Shown here piece after piece: positions 1 to 9,857 of a stretch of DNA of 64,000 nucleotides. Source of the stretch: Myxococcota bacterium (GTDB lineage Bacteria; Myxococcota_A; UBA796; SXON01); the NCBI GenBank assembly GCA_040386535.1, contig JAZKFH010000009.1, forward strand, positions 245,551-309,550, written 5' to 3'. Both the position numbers and the translations under genes were made by a program. Numbering within the stretch: position 1 is the stretch's first letter; every line of letters begins with the position of its first letter. A model generated the notes under the pieces. The model saw nothing but the letters and a program-made list of their open reading frames with translations, was not told the DNA's origin and did no database searches.

Positions 1-20
1 TTGCTAAGCCCCCGTGCCGC

Positions 21-1076
21 TCAGAGCAGCCAAGCCAACAGCAGCGCGGCCTGCACGGGCTCGCGGTTCGCGGCCTGCGGCACCACGCGGCTCTTGGGGC
101 CGTCGATCACCTCGTCGGTGACGATGACGTTGCGGCGCACCGGCAGGCAGTGGAGGAACGACGTGGCGTTCTTCATGCGGGCGGCGCCCACGGTCCAGTG
201 GCCGAGGTCGGCGACGCGCTCGGCGTGCTCGTCGCGGCGCTCGGCGCCCCAGCCCTTGGCGTAGACGGCCAGCGCGCCGTTGGCGGCGGCGTCGGGATCG
301 CGCGTCATCGTGATGCTCGCGCCGGTGTCGGCGCAGAAGCTGCGGGCGCGCTCCATCTCCTCGGCGTCGAGATCGAAGCCCTCGGGGGCCGCGACGTGCA
401 GGTCGGCGCCGCCGAGCACGGCCGCGCGGACGACGGAGAGGGGCACGGCCTGGGGGAGGGGCTTCGGGTGCGGCGCCCAGGTGAGGCACACCTTGCGCCG
501 GGCGAAGCTGCCGCCGCCGAGGTCGGAGAGCGTGAGTTGGTCGGCGAGCCCCTGGCAGGGGTGGGCCAGCGCGCTCTCGAGGTTGATGAGCGGCGAGCCG
601 GCGTGCGCCGAGAACGAGCGGATGACGCGCTCCTCGCGATCGTGGGCGTCGCCCTTGGGGAAGGCGCGCACGGCGAGCACGTCGGCGTAGGAGGAGAGCA
701 CCGGCGCGGCCTCGCGCACGTGCTCCTGGGCGGTGCCGTTCATCACGACGCCGTCCTCGAACTCCATGTTCCACGTTCCGCCGCCGCCCTGGCCGGCCTG
801 GAGGTACACGAAGTGGGCGCCGAGGCGGCCGGTGGCGACCTCCATCGACGTGTGGGTGCGGAGGGAGGGGTCGAAGAACAGGCCCGCGATCGCGCGGCCG
901 CCGAGCAGGCGCAGGCGCCCGATCTCGAGGCGGTTGGCGCGGTACAGGCGCGCCACGTCGAGCAGGGCGTTGGTGCCGGCGGGGCCGGGCTCGAGCCCGT
1001 CGATGAAGCGGGTGCCGCGCCAATTCTCGCGGACCCGGGCGACGGCGGCGTGGAGGCGGGATTCGAGGGTGTTCAT
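21..1076 (-). CDS. argF': N-acetyl/N-succinylornithine carbamoyltransferase (ArgF' type)
   Basis: SLRT carbamoyl-phosphate motif, HPCQ, HCLP, ArgF'-specific WAPHPKPLPQAV loop and VVMNGTAQEH segment; ATG at 1076 overlaps the argD stop (ATGA). Confidence 0.92.
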   Translation of the reverse strand: MNTLESRLHAAVARVRENWRGTRFIDGLEPGPAGTNALLDVARLYRANRLEIGRLRLLGGRAIAGLFFDPSLRTHTSMEVATGRLGAHFVYLQAGQGGGGTWNMEFEDGVVMNGTAQEHVREAAPVLSSYADVLAVRAFPKGDAHDREERVIRSFSAHAGSPLINLESALAHPCQGLADQLTLSDLGGGSFARRKVCLTWAPHPKPLPQAVPLSVVRAAVLGGADLHVAAPEGFDLDAEEMERARSFCADTGASITMTRDPDAAANGALAVYAKGWGAERRDEHAERVADLGHWTVGAARMKNATSFLHCLPVRRNVIVTDEVIDGPKSRVVPQAANREPVQAALLLAWLL

Positions 1077-2269
1077 TGGAGGCTCCGGAGGGCCTGGGCG
1101 AAGGCGTCCAGCGTGTCGAAGGGGAGGGTGAGCGGAGGCATGAGCCGCAGCACGGCGGGATCGTCGCTGCCGCCGACGATGAAGCCGAGCTCGCGCAGCT
1201 GGGGCACGAGGGGCTTGACCGGGCGGTCGAGCTTCACGCCGAGCAGGCAGCCGGAGCCGCGGATCTCGCAGGTGGGGAGGGCCGTGGTGAGCACGGTGCG
1301 GGCGTGCTCGCCGAGGCGGCGGGCGCGATCGACGAGGCCCTCGGCCTGGAGCACGTGGTGGGTCGCCAGGATCGCGGCGGAGGCGAGGGGGCCGGCGCCG
1401 AAGGTGGAGCCCTGGTCGCCGTTCTTGGCCTGCTGGGCGACCGCGTCGTCCACGAGGGTGACACCCACGGGGAAGCCGCCGCCCGCGCTCTTGGCGCTGG
1501 TGATGAAGTCGGCGCGCACGTCGAAGTAGTCGGCCGCGAAGTTGGTGCCGAGGCGGCCCCACGCGGTCTGCACCTCGTCCAGGATGAGCAGCGTGCCGTT
1601 GCGGTCACACGCGGCGCGCAGGGCGTGGAGCCACTCCTTGGTGGCGGTGCGCATGCCCGCGAGCGACTGGATCGGCTCGAGGATGATGGCGGCCACGTCG
1701 TCGTCGAGCTCGGGGATCTCCCCCCAGGCGGCGAAGCGGGTGTAACCCAAGCCGGGTTGGGAGTAGCTGCGGTACTTCTCCGACCAGGTGACCGCGAGCG
1801 CGGCGGCCGTGCGGCCGTGGAACGCGCCTTCGAACGCGATCACGGTCTTGCGGCCGGTGTGGTGGCGCGCCATCTTGAGCGCGACCTCGTTGGCCTCGGC
1901 GCCCGAGTTGGAGAGGAACACGCGGGTGAGGTTCTTCGGCGCGAACTCCACGATGGTGCGGCACGCCGCGGTGCGGAGCGGCTGGTAGACCACGTTGGAG
2001 TAGAACGCGAGGCGCCGCGCCTGCTCGCCCACCACGGCCGCCCAGAGGGGGTGGCAATGCCCGATGAGCGCGACGGCGTGGCCGCCGTAGAGGTCCCAAT
2101 ACCAGTTGCCGTCGACATCCTGGACGCGGGAGCCCTCGCCGCGCACGAGCGTGAGCGGCAGCTTGTCGTAGGTGGCGAGCTGCCAGTCGGACTCGCGATC
2201 GCCGCCGGTGGTGGCGGTGGCGGACCACTCGTCGAGGAGGGCCGAGGCTTGCAGGGGGGACAGATCCAT
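1073..2269 (-). CDS. argD: acetylornithine aminotransferase (class III PLP enzyme)
   Basis: NSGAEANE, FHGRT, EPIQ, DEVQT, SAK PLP-lysine, GSTFG; lies between argC and argF'; ATG at 2269. Confidence 0.9.
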   Translation of the reverse strand: MDLSPLQASALLDEWSATATTGGDRESDWQLATYDKLPLTLVRGEGSRVQDVDGNWYWDLYGGHAVALIGHCHPLWAAVVGEQARRLAFYSNVVYQPLRTAACRTIVEFAPKNLTRVFLSNSGAEANEVALKMARHHTGRKTVIAFEGAFHGRTAAALAVTWSEKYRSYSQPGLGYTRFAAWGEIPELDDDVAAIILEPIQSLAGMRTATKEWLHALRAACDRNGTLLILDEVQTAWGRLGTNFAADYFDVRADFITSAKSAGGGFPVGVTLVDDAVAQQAKNGDQGSTFGAGPLASAAILATHHVLQAEGLVDRARRLGEHARTVLTTALPTCEIRGSGCLLGVKLDRPVKPLVPQLRELGFIVGGSDDPAVLRLMPPLTLPFDTLDAFAQALRSLQ

Positions 2270-2271
2270 GG

Positions 2272-3237
2272 TCAGGGCACCGGCGGGAGCGAGCGCAGGC
2301 CGAGATCGACCGGCCACCCCATGACGAGGTTGAGGTTGGCGACGGCCTGGCTGCCGGCGCCGCGACACAGGTTGTCGATCGCGCAGAAGACGACCGCGCG
2401 CCCATCGGGACCGGCGACCACGCCGATGTCGGCGCGGGGCGAGCCGAGGACGCCGTGGAGATCGGGCGGCGAGGACAGGACGCGGACGAGCGGGTTGCCC
2501 GCGTAGAACGTTTGGTAGGCCTCGAAGGTGGCGCCGGGCAGGGGCACCGTGACGAGGATGCCGCGGCGCAGCGGCGCCGACATCGGCACGAAGTCGAGCG
2601 CGAAGTCGCCCCCGCAGGCCGCCACGACCTCGGGCACGTGTTGGTGCTCGAGGACCTTGTACGGGCGGAGGTTCTCGGCGCGCGCGGGGTGGTGCGTCGT
2701 GGGCGTGGGCGTGGCGCCGCTGCCGGTCGAGCCGGTGAGGCCGAACGCGCTCACGACGGCGGGGAGCGCGCCCTTCATCGGGAGGAGGGCGAGCGCCAAC
2801 GCGGTGGCAAAACACCCCGGGTTCGCGACGCGGGTGGCGCCGAGCATCCGCTCGTGGCCGAGCTCGGGGAGGCCGTAGATCCACGGGTCCGTGGCGCGCG
2901 GGAAGCCGTACGCGGCGGAGTGGGCCGGCTCGGGGAGGCGGTGGTCACCCGACAGATCGATCACCGTGCCGGTGAGGCCGGGCGCGATCTTCGAGGCCTC
3001 GCCGTGGGGCAGGCACAGAAAGGTCACGTCGGACGGGGGGGCCTCGGTTCCGAGCACCAGATCCGTCGCGCCGGTGAACTGGGGCCACAACGTGTCGAGC
3101 CGCTTGCCGGCGTGTTTGTTGGCCGTGGCGCCGACAACGCGCACGCGCGGGTGGCCGAGGAGCCACCGCAGGGTCTCCGCGCCGGTGTACCCGGACGCGC
3201 CGAGCACACTGACGCTTACGATGTCAGCGGAGCGCAT
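2272..3237 (-). CDS. argC: N-acetyl-gamma-glutamyl-phosphate reductase
   Basis: GASGYTG, DLSGDHR, YGLPE, ANPGCF catalytic Cys, HQHVPE, IDNL motifs. Confidence 0.95.
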   Translation of the reverse strand: MRSADIVSVSVLGASGYTGAETLRWLLGHPRVRVVGATANKHAGKRLDTLWPQFTGATDLVLGTEAPPSDVTFLCLPHGEASKIAPGLTGTVIDLSGDHRLPEPAHSAAYGFPRATDPWIYGLPELGHERMLGATRVANPGCFATALALALLPMKGALPAVVSAFGLTGSTGSGATPTPTTHHPARAENLRPYKVLEHQHVPEVVAACGGDFALDFVPMSAPLRRGILVTVPLPGATFEAYQTFYAGNPLVRVLSSPPDLHGVLGSPRADIGVVAGPDGRAVVFCAIDNLCRGAGSQAVANLNLVMGWPVDLGLRSLPPVP

Positions 3238-4273
3238 CCGCCACCACGCCCGCGAGCTTGTCGCCGTCCGTGCGCGCGTTCACCGCGGGCAGGCCGAGCT
3301 TCTTGGTGACGAAGTCCCGGCCGACGGAGTTGTCCGTGGTCGGGCCGGTGATGACGGTGATGCCGATGCCGAGCTCGGTCTTGAGCCACTCGGCCGCGCC
3401 CCAGGCCCCCACGGGGTCGTTCGCGCACATGACGTGCGCCCGGGCGGGCGCCATGAGATCGGGCGCCGAGAGGATCTCGAAGACGCCGTACTCGCCCATG
3501 ATGCCGTCCCCCAGCTCGAGCACGATGCAGTCGAGCTTCAGGCCGAGCATCGGGTCGTTCAGGGCGTGGATGAGGCCGCGCGCGACGGGCGGGGCGCTCT
3601 GGGGGCGCGTGGTGACGATGCCGAGGTCGTTGAAGTTGAGCGCGCGGATGGCGCCCACGTCCTCCATCTTCAACGTGTCGCGACGCAGGCTCACGCCGGT
3701 GAGCTTGCCCGCACCGACGCGCAGGCCACGGAGGGTGAGGCCGCGGATGATCTCGCACGCCGCGAAGGTCTTGCCCGCGTTCATGCACGTGCCGCTCACG
3801 TACACGATGGGGACCGAGCCGGGGAGCTGCTCGAACTGCGGGAGCGCGTTGGTGCGGATGCTCGCGGGGGTGCCGCGGCGCTCGCCCAGGTGGGGGAACG
3901 AGAGCACCTGGCCGAGCACCTCGGCGCGGCACGGCGGGCCCACGTCGGGGTTGCCGGAGGTGCACAACCCGACCACGCCGCCGAGATTCAGGAGGTGAAG
4001 GATGTCCCCCACGGCGATCTTCTCGGGGATGATCCCCGTGTAGCCGTGGAGGGCCCGGCGCTCGCCGAGCACGCCGGCGATGATGTCGCCCTGGTTCACG
4101 GTCGCCATGCGGCCGTGCTCGTCTTCCAGCTCGTTGTACGTGTTCTTGCGGTCGAGCGCCCGCACGCACACGATCGAGCCCTCCTCGGCCACGATGGTGT
4201 CCGAGAGCGTGACCTCGCGCGGGAGGCGGGCGTTGCGGGTGCCCGAGGCGATCTTGTTGAGGAGGACCTTCAT
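3224..4273 (-). CDS. DUF1611/DgcN-like P-loop protein within the arg operon
   Basis: GTCMNAGKT P-loop-like motif, GKLTG, ELGDG; overlaps the argC start by 14 bp and begins 9 bp after argG. Confidence 0.75.
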   Translation of the reverse strand: MKVLLNKIASGTRNARLPREVTLSDTIVAEEGSIVCVRALDRKNTYNELEDEHGRMATVNQGDIIAGVLGERRALHGYTGIIPEKIAVGDILHLLNLGGVVGLCTSGNPDVGPPCRAEVLGQVLSFPHLGERRGTPASIRTNALPQFEQLPGSVPIVYVSGTCMNAGKTFAACEIIRGLTLRGLRVGAGKLTGVSLRRDTLKMEDVGAIRALNFNDLGIVTTRPQSAPPVARGLIHALNDPMLGLKLDCIVLELGDGIMGEYGVFEILSAPDLMAPARAHVMCANDPVGAWGAAEWLKTELGIGITVITGPTTDNSVGRDFVTKKLGLPAVNARTDGDKLAGVVADALR

Positions 4274-4282
4274 TTCGACCCC

Positions 4283-5476
4283 TTACGACTTGTTGTCGGT
4301 GGAGGCGGCGCGGGCCTGCGCCCGGGCGGCGAGCACGCCCTGCAGGCCGTAGACGGCCGAGAACCCGCGGGCGTCCTGGGCGGTCCAGAGCCCGTTCTCC
4401 TCGCCGTAGCGCCCGGCGGCCTCGTCGACGAGCGAGAAGGGGCTGCGCACGCCGCGCACCTCGACCCGGCCCTGCTCGAGGTGCACCTTCACGTCGCCGG
4501 TGACGACGCGCTGCGAGCTGTCGAGGAAGGCCTCGACGTCGCGCATGACGGGATCGAACCACTGGCCCTCGTGCAACATCTGCCCGTAGAAGGCGCCGAG
4601 TTGCTCCTTCTGCACGAGCTGCCAGCGCGTGAGCACGAGCTTCTCGAGCTCGCGGTGCGCGTCGAGCAGGATGGCGGCGGCGGGCGCCTCGAAGGCGATG
4701 CGGCCCTTGATGCCGAGGATCGTGTCCCCGAGGTGCATGCCGCGGCCCACGCCGTGGGCGGCGCCGATGGTGTTGAGCGCCTCGACGGTGTCGAGCCCGC
4801 CCTCGACGAGGCCCTTCTCGAAGCGGAGGACCAGATCGTGGCCCTCGGCCGGGGCCTTCGCGGGGGTGGTCGTGGTCGGGTACGCCGACTCCGGCGGCAC
4901 CTGCCACGGGTCGTGCGTTTCCCGGCCGCCGATCGTGACGCCCCAGAGCCCGGCGTTGATCGAGTAGTCGCGCTTCTCGGCGGAGACCGGGAAGCCCTCT
5001 TCCGTGAGGAACGCGGCGGACGTGGCGCGGGTGATGCGCTCGTCGCGGATCGGCGTGAGGATCCGGGCGCCGGGGAGCAGCGTACGGATCGCGACGTCGA
5101 AACGGATCTGATCGTTGCCGGCGCCGGTCGAGCCGTGGCACACCGCGTCCGCGCCGATGGCGCCCGCCGACTCGGCGACCACCTGGGCCTGCACGACGCG
5201 CTCGGCGCCGACACACAGCGGGTAGACGCCGCCGCGACGCACGTTCGCCTTGACAAGCCAGGCGATGTGCTGGTCGTAGACGCGCTGCCGCGCGTCGATC
5301 ATGCGGAAGTCGGCCGCGCCGAGCTGCTTCGCTCGCGTCGCGATGGCTTCCCGCTCGGCCGGGGTGAGCCCCCCCGTGTCGACCGTGATCGCGGTGACGC
5401 GGTGCCCCTCCTTGACGAAGCGGCGAAGAAGGTAGGACGTATCGAGACCGCCGGAGAAGGCGAGGAGGACGTGCAC
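4283..5476 (-). CDS. argG: argininosuccinate synthase
   Basis: LAFSGGLDTS, HGSTGAGNDQIRF, YSINAGLWG, GIKGRIAFEAP; GTG start chosen just before the first beta strand. Confidence 0.95.
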   Translation of the reverse strand: MHVLLAFSGGLDTSYLLRRFVKEGHRVTAITVDTGGLTPAEREAIATRAKQLGAADFRMIDARQRVYDQHIAWLVKANVRRGGVYPLCVGAERVVQAQVVAESAGAIGADAVCHGSTGAGNDQIRFDVAIRTLLPGARILTPIRDERITRATSAAFLTEEGFPVSAEKRDYSINAGLWGVTIGGRETHDPWQVPPESAYPTTTTPAKAPAEGHDLVLRFEKGLVEGGLDTVEALNTIGAAHGVGRGMHLGDTILGIKGRIAFEAPAAAILLDAHRELEKLVLTRWQLVQKEQLGAFYGQMLHEGQWFDPVMRDVEAFLDSSQRVVTGDVKVHLEQGRVEVRGVRSPFSLVDEAAGRYGEENGLWTAQDARGFSAVYGLQGVLAARAQARAASTDNKS

Positions 5477-5561
5477 GGGGGACCCCCAGAGGGCGCGCCG
5501 TATAGCGCGCGGGGGGGTGCGGCTCAACCCGGGACCGAAGCGGGACCGGGGGGCGCGCGCG

Positions 5562-6062
5562 TCACAACGTGACCTTGCCGTGGCCGGCCGGATCCTCTTC
5601 CAGCTGCTCCTTCGCGGGGGTCGTGCCCGAGAAGTAGGCCTTCGCCGCGTCCACGATGTAGCGGAGCCCGCTCACGCCCGTGTTGTCCCAGTACTCGCCG
5701 GCGGACGTCTCGATGTCGAGCAGCACCAGGTTCGTGTCCTCGGGACCGTCGGGAAACCACACGCGCCAGGGCTCGCTCCAGAGCTCCTTGACCTTCGCCG
5801 CGTCCGTCACGACGCGCGCACGGCCGGCCAACGCCGCGAATCGTTGACCGTTCTGGAACGTGATCGCCACCTCGGGGTTGGACGTCACCTCGTCGATCTT
5901 GCCCGAGTGCCGGCCCGTGACGAGCCACACGCGCCCGCTCTCCTCGATCTGGGCGATGGACATGGGGCGCCCGTGGAGCGAACCGTCCAACGCCGTCGTG
6001 ACCAGCATCGCCATGTCGAACTTCTCGATGATGTCCTGGAACCGTTCCCGTGGTGACTGCAT
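5562..6062 (-). CDS. general stress protein 26 / pyridoxamine-5'-phosphate oxidase-like FMN-binding protein
   Basis: AMLVT, LHGRPM, WFPDGPED, EYWD; GGAGG RBS before ATG 6062. Confidence 0.85.
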   Translation of the reverse strand: MQSPRERFQDIIEKFDMAMLVTTALDGSLHGRPMSIAQIEESGRVWLVTGRHSGKIDEVTSNPEVAITFQNGQRFAALAGRARVVTDAAKVKELWSEPWRVWFPDGPEDTNLVLLDIETSAGEYWDNTGVSGLRYIVDAAKAYFSGTTPAKEQLEEDPAGHGKVTL

Positions 6063-6339
6063 ACGACCTCCAGCCCCTTCCGTACGGGGCTGGCCGGTCC
6101 GCGGCCCGTTGCGACGTGTGGGCGTTTGTTCGGCGCGGCGCACGGTTGGTGACACCGAATCACGCGCCCCTCGACGGGGGCGCCGGGGTCGGGGAGCGGT
6201 CAGACCCCGACGGTCTCGAACCCGAGGGCGCGCCCGGCGGTCGTGATTTGCGCGTCGTGCGTCGCGATGGTCGGCAGGGTGGGTCGGCTCTGCCCGGTCT
6301 GGCTGGGCGACTCCCGCACGACGTGCGTTAGTCAGGCTC

Positions 6340-7176
6340 ATGCTCCTCTCGTCTCCATTGTTGGCGCTGCTGGGATGCGGGCCCGATGTGGCGGACACCG
6401 GTACGGCCCCGCTCCCGACGCTTGCCGACTGCACGTACGCCTACAGCCGCGACATCGGGCTGGACGGTGTGGAGGACGAGACGTACTTCGCCACCCACGA
6501 CGGGGAGGGGAGGGTGCTGCATTGGGAGCAGCTGTGGTGGGCCGGCGAGCAGGTGTGGGACAACGTGTACGAGGGGAACTGCCGGGTCGGCTTCACGACG
6601 GCGGTCATCGAGGGGGAGCACTGGGGGGTCACGACGGCCAGCAGCCGCTGTGACACGCAGGGCCAGCTGATCTCCACCGTCCAGACGCACGACGGGTGGG
6701 ACCCCGACGAGGGCGAGACCGAATCCTCGGTGTACGAGGCCAGCTACATCAATACGTACTACCCCGACGATCGCTTGAAGCTGCGCGTCACGGACCTCGA
6801 CGACCGGTGGAGCAACGACTCCGCCATCTCGTACACCTGGTACGACGCGGACTCCCCTCTCGCCGAGCGCCTCGACTACGACATGGACGGCGACGCCGAC
6901 TGGGAGACGACCTACACCCACGACGCGCTCGGGGACATCGTCACGATGACGCACGACCGCGGAGGGCACCTCGAAGACCGGTACATGACCTGGCGGCGCG
7001 ACGGGGCGCGGCGGGTGGTCGAGACCGTCGACGATCGAGGGATGGACGGCCTGGGGCAGGACATCCAGACCTTCCACTACGACGGCGACGCGGCCTGGCC
7101 CGACACCATCGACGCCGACACCAACGGCGACGGCGTGGTGGACGAGCTGTACGACATCATGGTCACCTGCCCGTGA
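6340..7176 (+). CDS. hypothetical lipoprotein with acidic YD/DxDGD-like repeats
   Basis: LLGC lipobox; repeated DxDGD...YTYD-like units; coding-type codon bias. Confidence 0.7.
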   Translation: MLLSSPLLALLGCGPDVADTGTAPLPTLADCTYAYSRDIGLDGVEDETYFATHDGEGRVLHWEQLWWAGEQVWDNVYEGNCRVGFTTAVIEGEHWGVTTASSRCDTQGQLISTVQTHDGWDPDEGETESSVYEASYINTYYPDDRLKLRVTDLDDRWSNDSAISYTWYDADSPLAERLDYDMDGDADWETTYTHDALGDIVTMTHDRGGHLEDRYMTWRRDGARRVVETVDDRGMDGLGQDIQTFHYDGDAAWPDTIDADTNGDGVVDELYDIMVTCP

Positions 7177-7191
7177 CGATCGCGGCCATGT

Positions 7192-7860
7192 TCAGGCCCC
7201 CCCGACCGCCTCCCCGAGGAACCCCACCAACGGCACGAGCCGCCCGCACCCGGCTGCCACGCGCTCCACGAAGTCGTCCGCGCACACCTCCGCGTCGGTG
7301 AGCCGGACCGACGCGGTGAAGCTCTTGCGGCGGAGATCCTGGGCGAGCGGGTGATCCGCGGCGAAGGGCTTGGGCGTGCGCACGAGCGACTCGCCGGTGT
7401 CCAGGCCGCCGAGGGCGTCGCGGATCTCCACCCAACGGGGCGCGTGGGCGTCGATGGCGGCGCGGATCCGCGCGGCCACGGCGGGCTCCGGCAACCAGAG
7501 GCCGCCCGTCAGGAACGAGGCGCCCGGCTCGAGGTGGAGGTAGTAGCCGGTGGCGCTCGGGCCCTTGGCCGCTGCTCCCAGGCCCGACGCGCGCGGGAAC
7601 TGGAGCCCGGCGTGGGTCTTGTAGGGGGCCTTGTTCGCGCCGAACCGGGTGTCCCGGTAGATACGGAACACGCTCTTGTCGGTGCAGATCGCCTCGGGGT
7701 CGACCACGGCGAGCTTGGGCGCGAGCGCCGCCACGAACGTGTGGAGCGGCGCCTTCACGTCGCGCTCGAAGCGCTTCTTGTTGGCCGTGAACCACTCGCG
7801 ATTGTTGTTCGCGGCGAGCTCGGTCAAAAACTCGAAGAGGGCAGGGGAGAAGGTCGCCAT
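7192..7860 (-). CDS. DUF2461 (TIGR02453) family protein
   Basis: FLTELAANNNREWF, FRIYRDTRF, PYKTH, GYYLHL motifs. Confidence 0.88.
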   Translation of the reverse strand: MATFSPALFEFLTELAANNNREWFTANKKRFERDVKAPLHTFVAALAPKLAVVDPEAICTDKSVFRIYRDTRFGANKAPYKTHAGLQFPRASGLGAAAKGPSATGYYLHLEPGASFLTGGLWLPEPAVAARIRAAIDAHAPRWVEIRDALGGLDTGESLVRTPKPFAADHPLAQDLRRKSFTASVRLTDAEVCADDFVERVAAGCGRLVPLVGFLGEAVGGA

Positions 7861-7862
7861 GG

Positions 7863-8816
7863 CTATCGCCAGCCCTCCACCACGATCTCGCCGCGGTCGA
7901 GCGGCGCGCGGAACGCGATGCCCCACTCGGAGGCGTGGTAGCCGACGCGCGGGACGGCTTCGAGCTGGGGCGGGACTACCGCCTCACACCCCTCGGCCAC
8001 GAGGAACCAGGCGCGGAGCAGGTGATCGGGGGCGGGGTCAATCTTGAGCGCGGAGAGGCCCTCGACCTGGGGGTAGATCGTCATGAACTCCGCCGAGGGG
8101 AAGCTGTCATCCCAGGCGTCGGCAAAATCGGTGATCTCGTTGGGAAGGAAGCCGAGATCGCCCATCGCGTCCTCGATCGTGGCCTGGGCGAGCGTGCCGG
8201 GGACACACCATCCCCCCTCCGTCTGGAAGCGCTCGACGTCGAACAGGAGCTCGTAGAAGAGGAAGTCGCGCGGGCCGGCCTTCGTGGCGAGGCGGCCGTC
8301 CGGAAACGCGGTGACGCGCCAGCCGCCCAGGGGGTAGCGCGGCTCGGACTCGGTGATCTTGCGCCACGCGGGGATGGTGACGGCGATGTCCGCCTTCTCC
8401 GTCGGGTAGAGGTAGACGTTCGGCTTGTCGACCGGCACCGCGTAGCCGAGCTCGACGAGCACGTCGGCGACACACGTGGTCTCGTCGAGCACCTCGGCGC
8501 CGACACAGCCGCTGTACATACCGGCGGAGACCTCCACGCCGTAGGTGCCGACCGGCACGGTGGCCTCGAAGTGGTCGCCCTCGGCCTCCGGCTCCGCGAT
8601 GACATCGCCCCACCAGCCGCTGCCACCGGTGTCGCCGCCGACACACGCGGTCTGGCCGTCGAGCACCTCGGCGACCCAGATGGAGGTCTCCGCGGGGGCT
8701 CCCACGGGGCGCACGATGGTGCCGCAGAGGTTGCTCGCCGCATCGGGGACCCAGGCGCCGGTGTCGTCCACCTTGGAGTCGGTGTCGGGGCAGCCGAGGA
8801 GCAGGAAGAGGAACAT
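7863..8816 (-). CDS. hypothetical lipoprotein with conserved KPxxYLYP domain
   Basis: MFLFLLLGC lipobox, DKPNVYLYP, FLFYE, EWG; GGAG RBS. Confidence 0.75.
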   Translation of the reverse strand: MFLFLLLGCPDTDSKVDDTGAWVPDAASNLCGTIVRPVGAPAETSIWVAEVLDGQTACVGGDTGGSGWWGDVIAEPEAEGDHFEATVPVGTYGVEVSAGMYSGCVGAEVLDETTCVADVLVELGYAVPVDKPNVYLYPTEKADIAVTIPAWRKITESEPRYPLGGWRVTAFPDGRLATKAGPRDFLFYELLFDVERFQTEGGWCVPGTLAQATIEDAMGDLGFLPNEITDFADAWDDSFPSAEFMTIYPQVEGLSALKIDPAPDHLLRAWFLVAEGCEAVVPPQLEAVPRVGYHASEWGIAFRAPLDRGEIVVEGWR

Positions 8817-8837
8817 GGGGCGTCTCCAGCCCGCACT

Positions 8838-9857
8838 CTACTCCAGCGGAACCTGCTCCAGCGGAACGACCTTCCGCCCGCCGACCACGCGCTCGATCCC
8901 CGCGAGATCCTTCCACACGCGCACCTCGGTCATCCCGGCGGCCGTCAGCAGCGCGGCGACATCGGCCGCCTGGCCCGCGCCGACCTCGAACAACACGCCC
9001 TGACGCGCCCGCGCGGCCGCGGCCGGGACGAGCCGGCGGTAGACCTCGAGGCCGTCATCGCCGCCGTCGAGCGCGAGCCGGGGCTCGTGATCGCGCACCT
9101 CGGGCTGCAGCCCGTCGATGTCGCGTGTGGGGATGTACGGCGGGTTGGAGACGATCCAGTCGAGCGTCCGCGTGGCCGGGATCGCGGCGAGCAGGTCTCC
9201 GCGGAGCACGGCGGCGCGCTGTCCGAGGCCGTACTTCGCGACGTTGGCGCGGGTGGCGGCCAACGCCTCCTCGCTGCGATCGACGGCGAACAGGCGGAGG
9301 GCGGGGCGCTCCAACGCGAGCGTGAGGCCGATGCAGCCGGTGCCGCTGCCGATGTCGGCGAGGTAGACGGGGGGCTCGTCGGAGGGGAAGGCGGCCTCGG
9401 CGGGGGCCGCGTCCGGAGAGGCGGCGGGCGCGTCGGATGCGGCCCACGGGAGCACGCGAGGGCCGGACGACACGGCTCCGGGGGGCGTTGCGGGGGGCTC
9501 CCCCCCGCCCCCAGAAGATCCGGAAGACGGCAACCACTCCAGCGCCGCCTCGATGAGGGTCTCCGTGTCCGGGCGCGGGACGAGCACGCCGGGGGTGACG
9601 ACGAAGTCACGCCCGTAGAACTCCTTGTGGCCGAGCACCCAGGCGAGGGGTTCGCGATTGCCGCGGCGCCGGATGAGGGGGCGGAGGCGCTCGAGCTCCT
9701 CGTCCGTGATGGGGCGGTCGTAGCTCAAGTAGACCTTCACGCGGTCGAACCCGAGCACGTGCCCGATGAGCAGCTCGGCGTCGAGCCGCGCCGAGGGGAT
9801 GCCGCGCTCCTTGAGCCAGGCGGCGGTGGTGGTGAGGATCTCGACGAGCGGCTTCAC
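8838..9857 (-). CDS. prmC: release factor glutamine methyltransferase
   Basis: [29 protein letters not shown]; coupled to prfA; low-complexity insertion. Confidence 0.95.
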   Translation of the reverse strand: MKPLVEILTTTAAWLKERGIPSARLDAELLIGHVLGFDRVKVYLSYDRPITDEELERLRPLIRRRGNREPLAWVLGHKEFYGRDFVVTPGVLVPRPDTETLIEAALEWLPSSGSSGGGGEPPATPPGAVSSGPRVLPWAASDAPAASPDAAPAEAAFPSDEPPVYLADIGSGTGCIGLTLALERPALRLFAVDRSEEALAATRANVAKYGLGQRAAVLRGDLLAAIPATRTLDWIVSNPPYIPTRDIDGLQPEVRDHEPRLALDGGDDGLEVYRRLVPAAAARARQGVLFEVGAGQAADVAALLTAAGMTEVRVWKDLAGIERVVGGRKVVPLEQVPLE

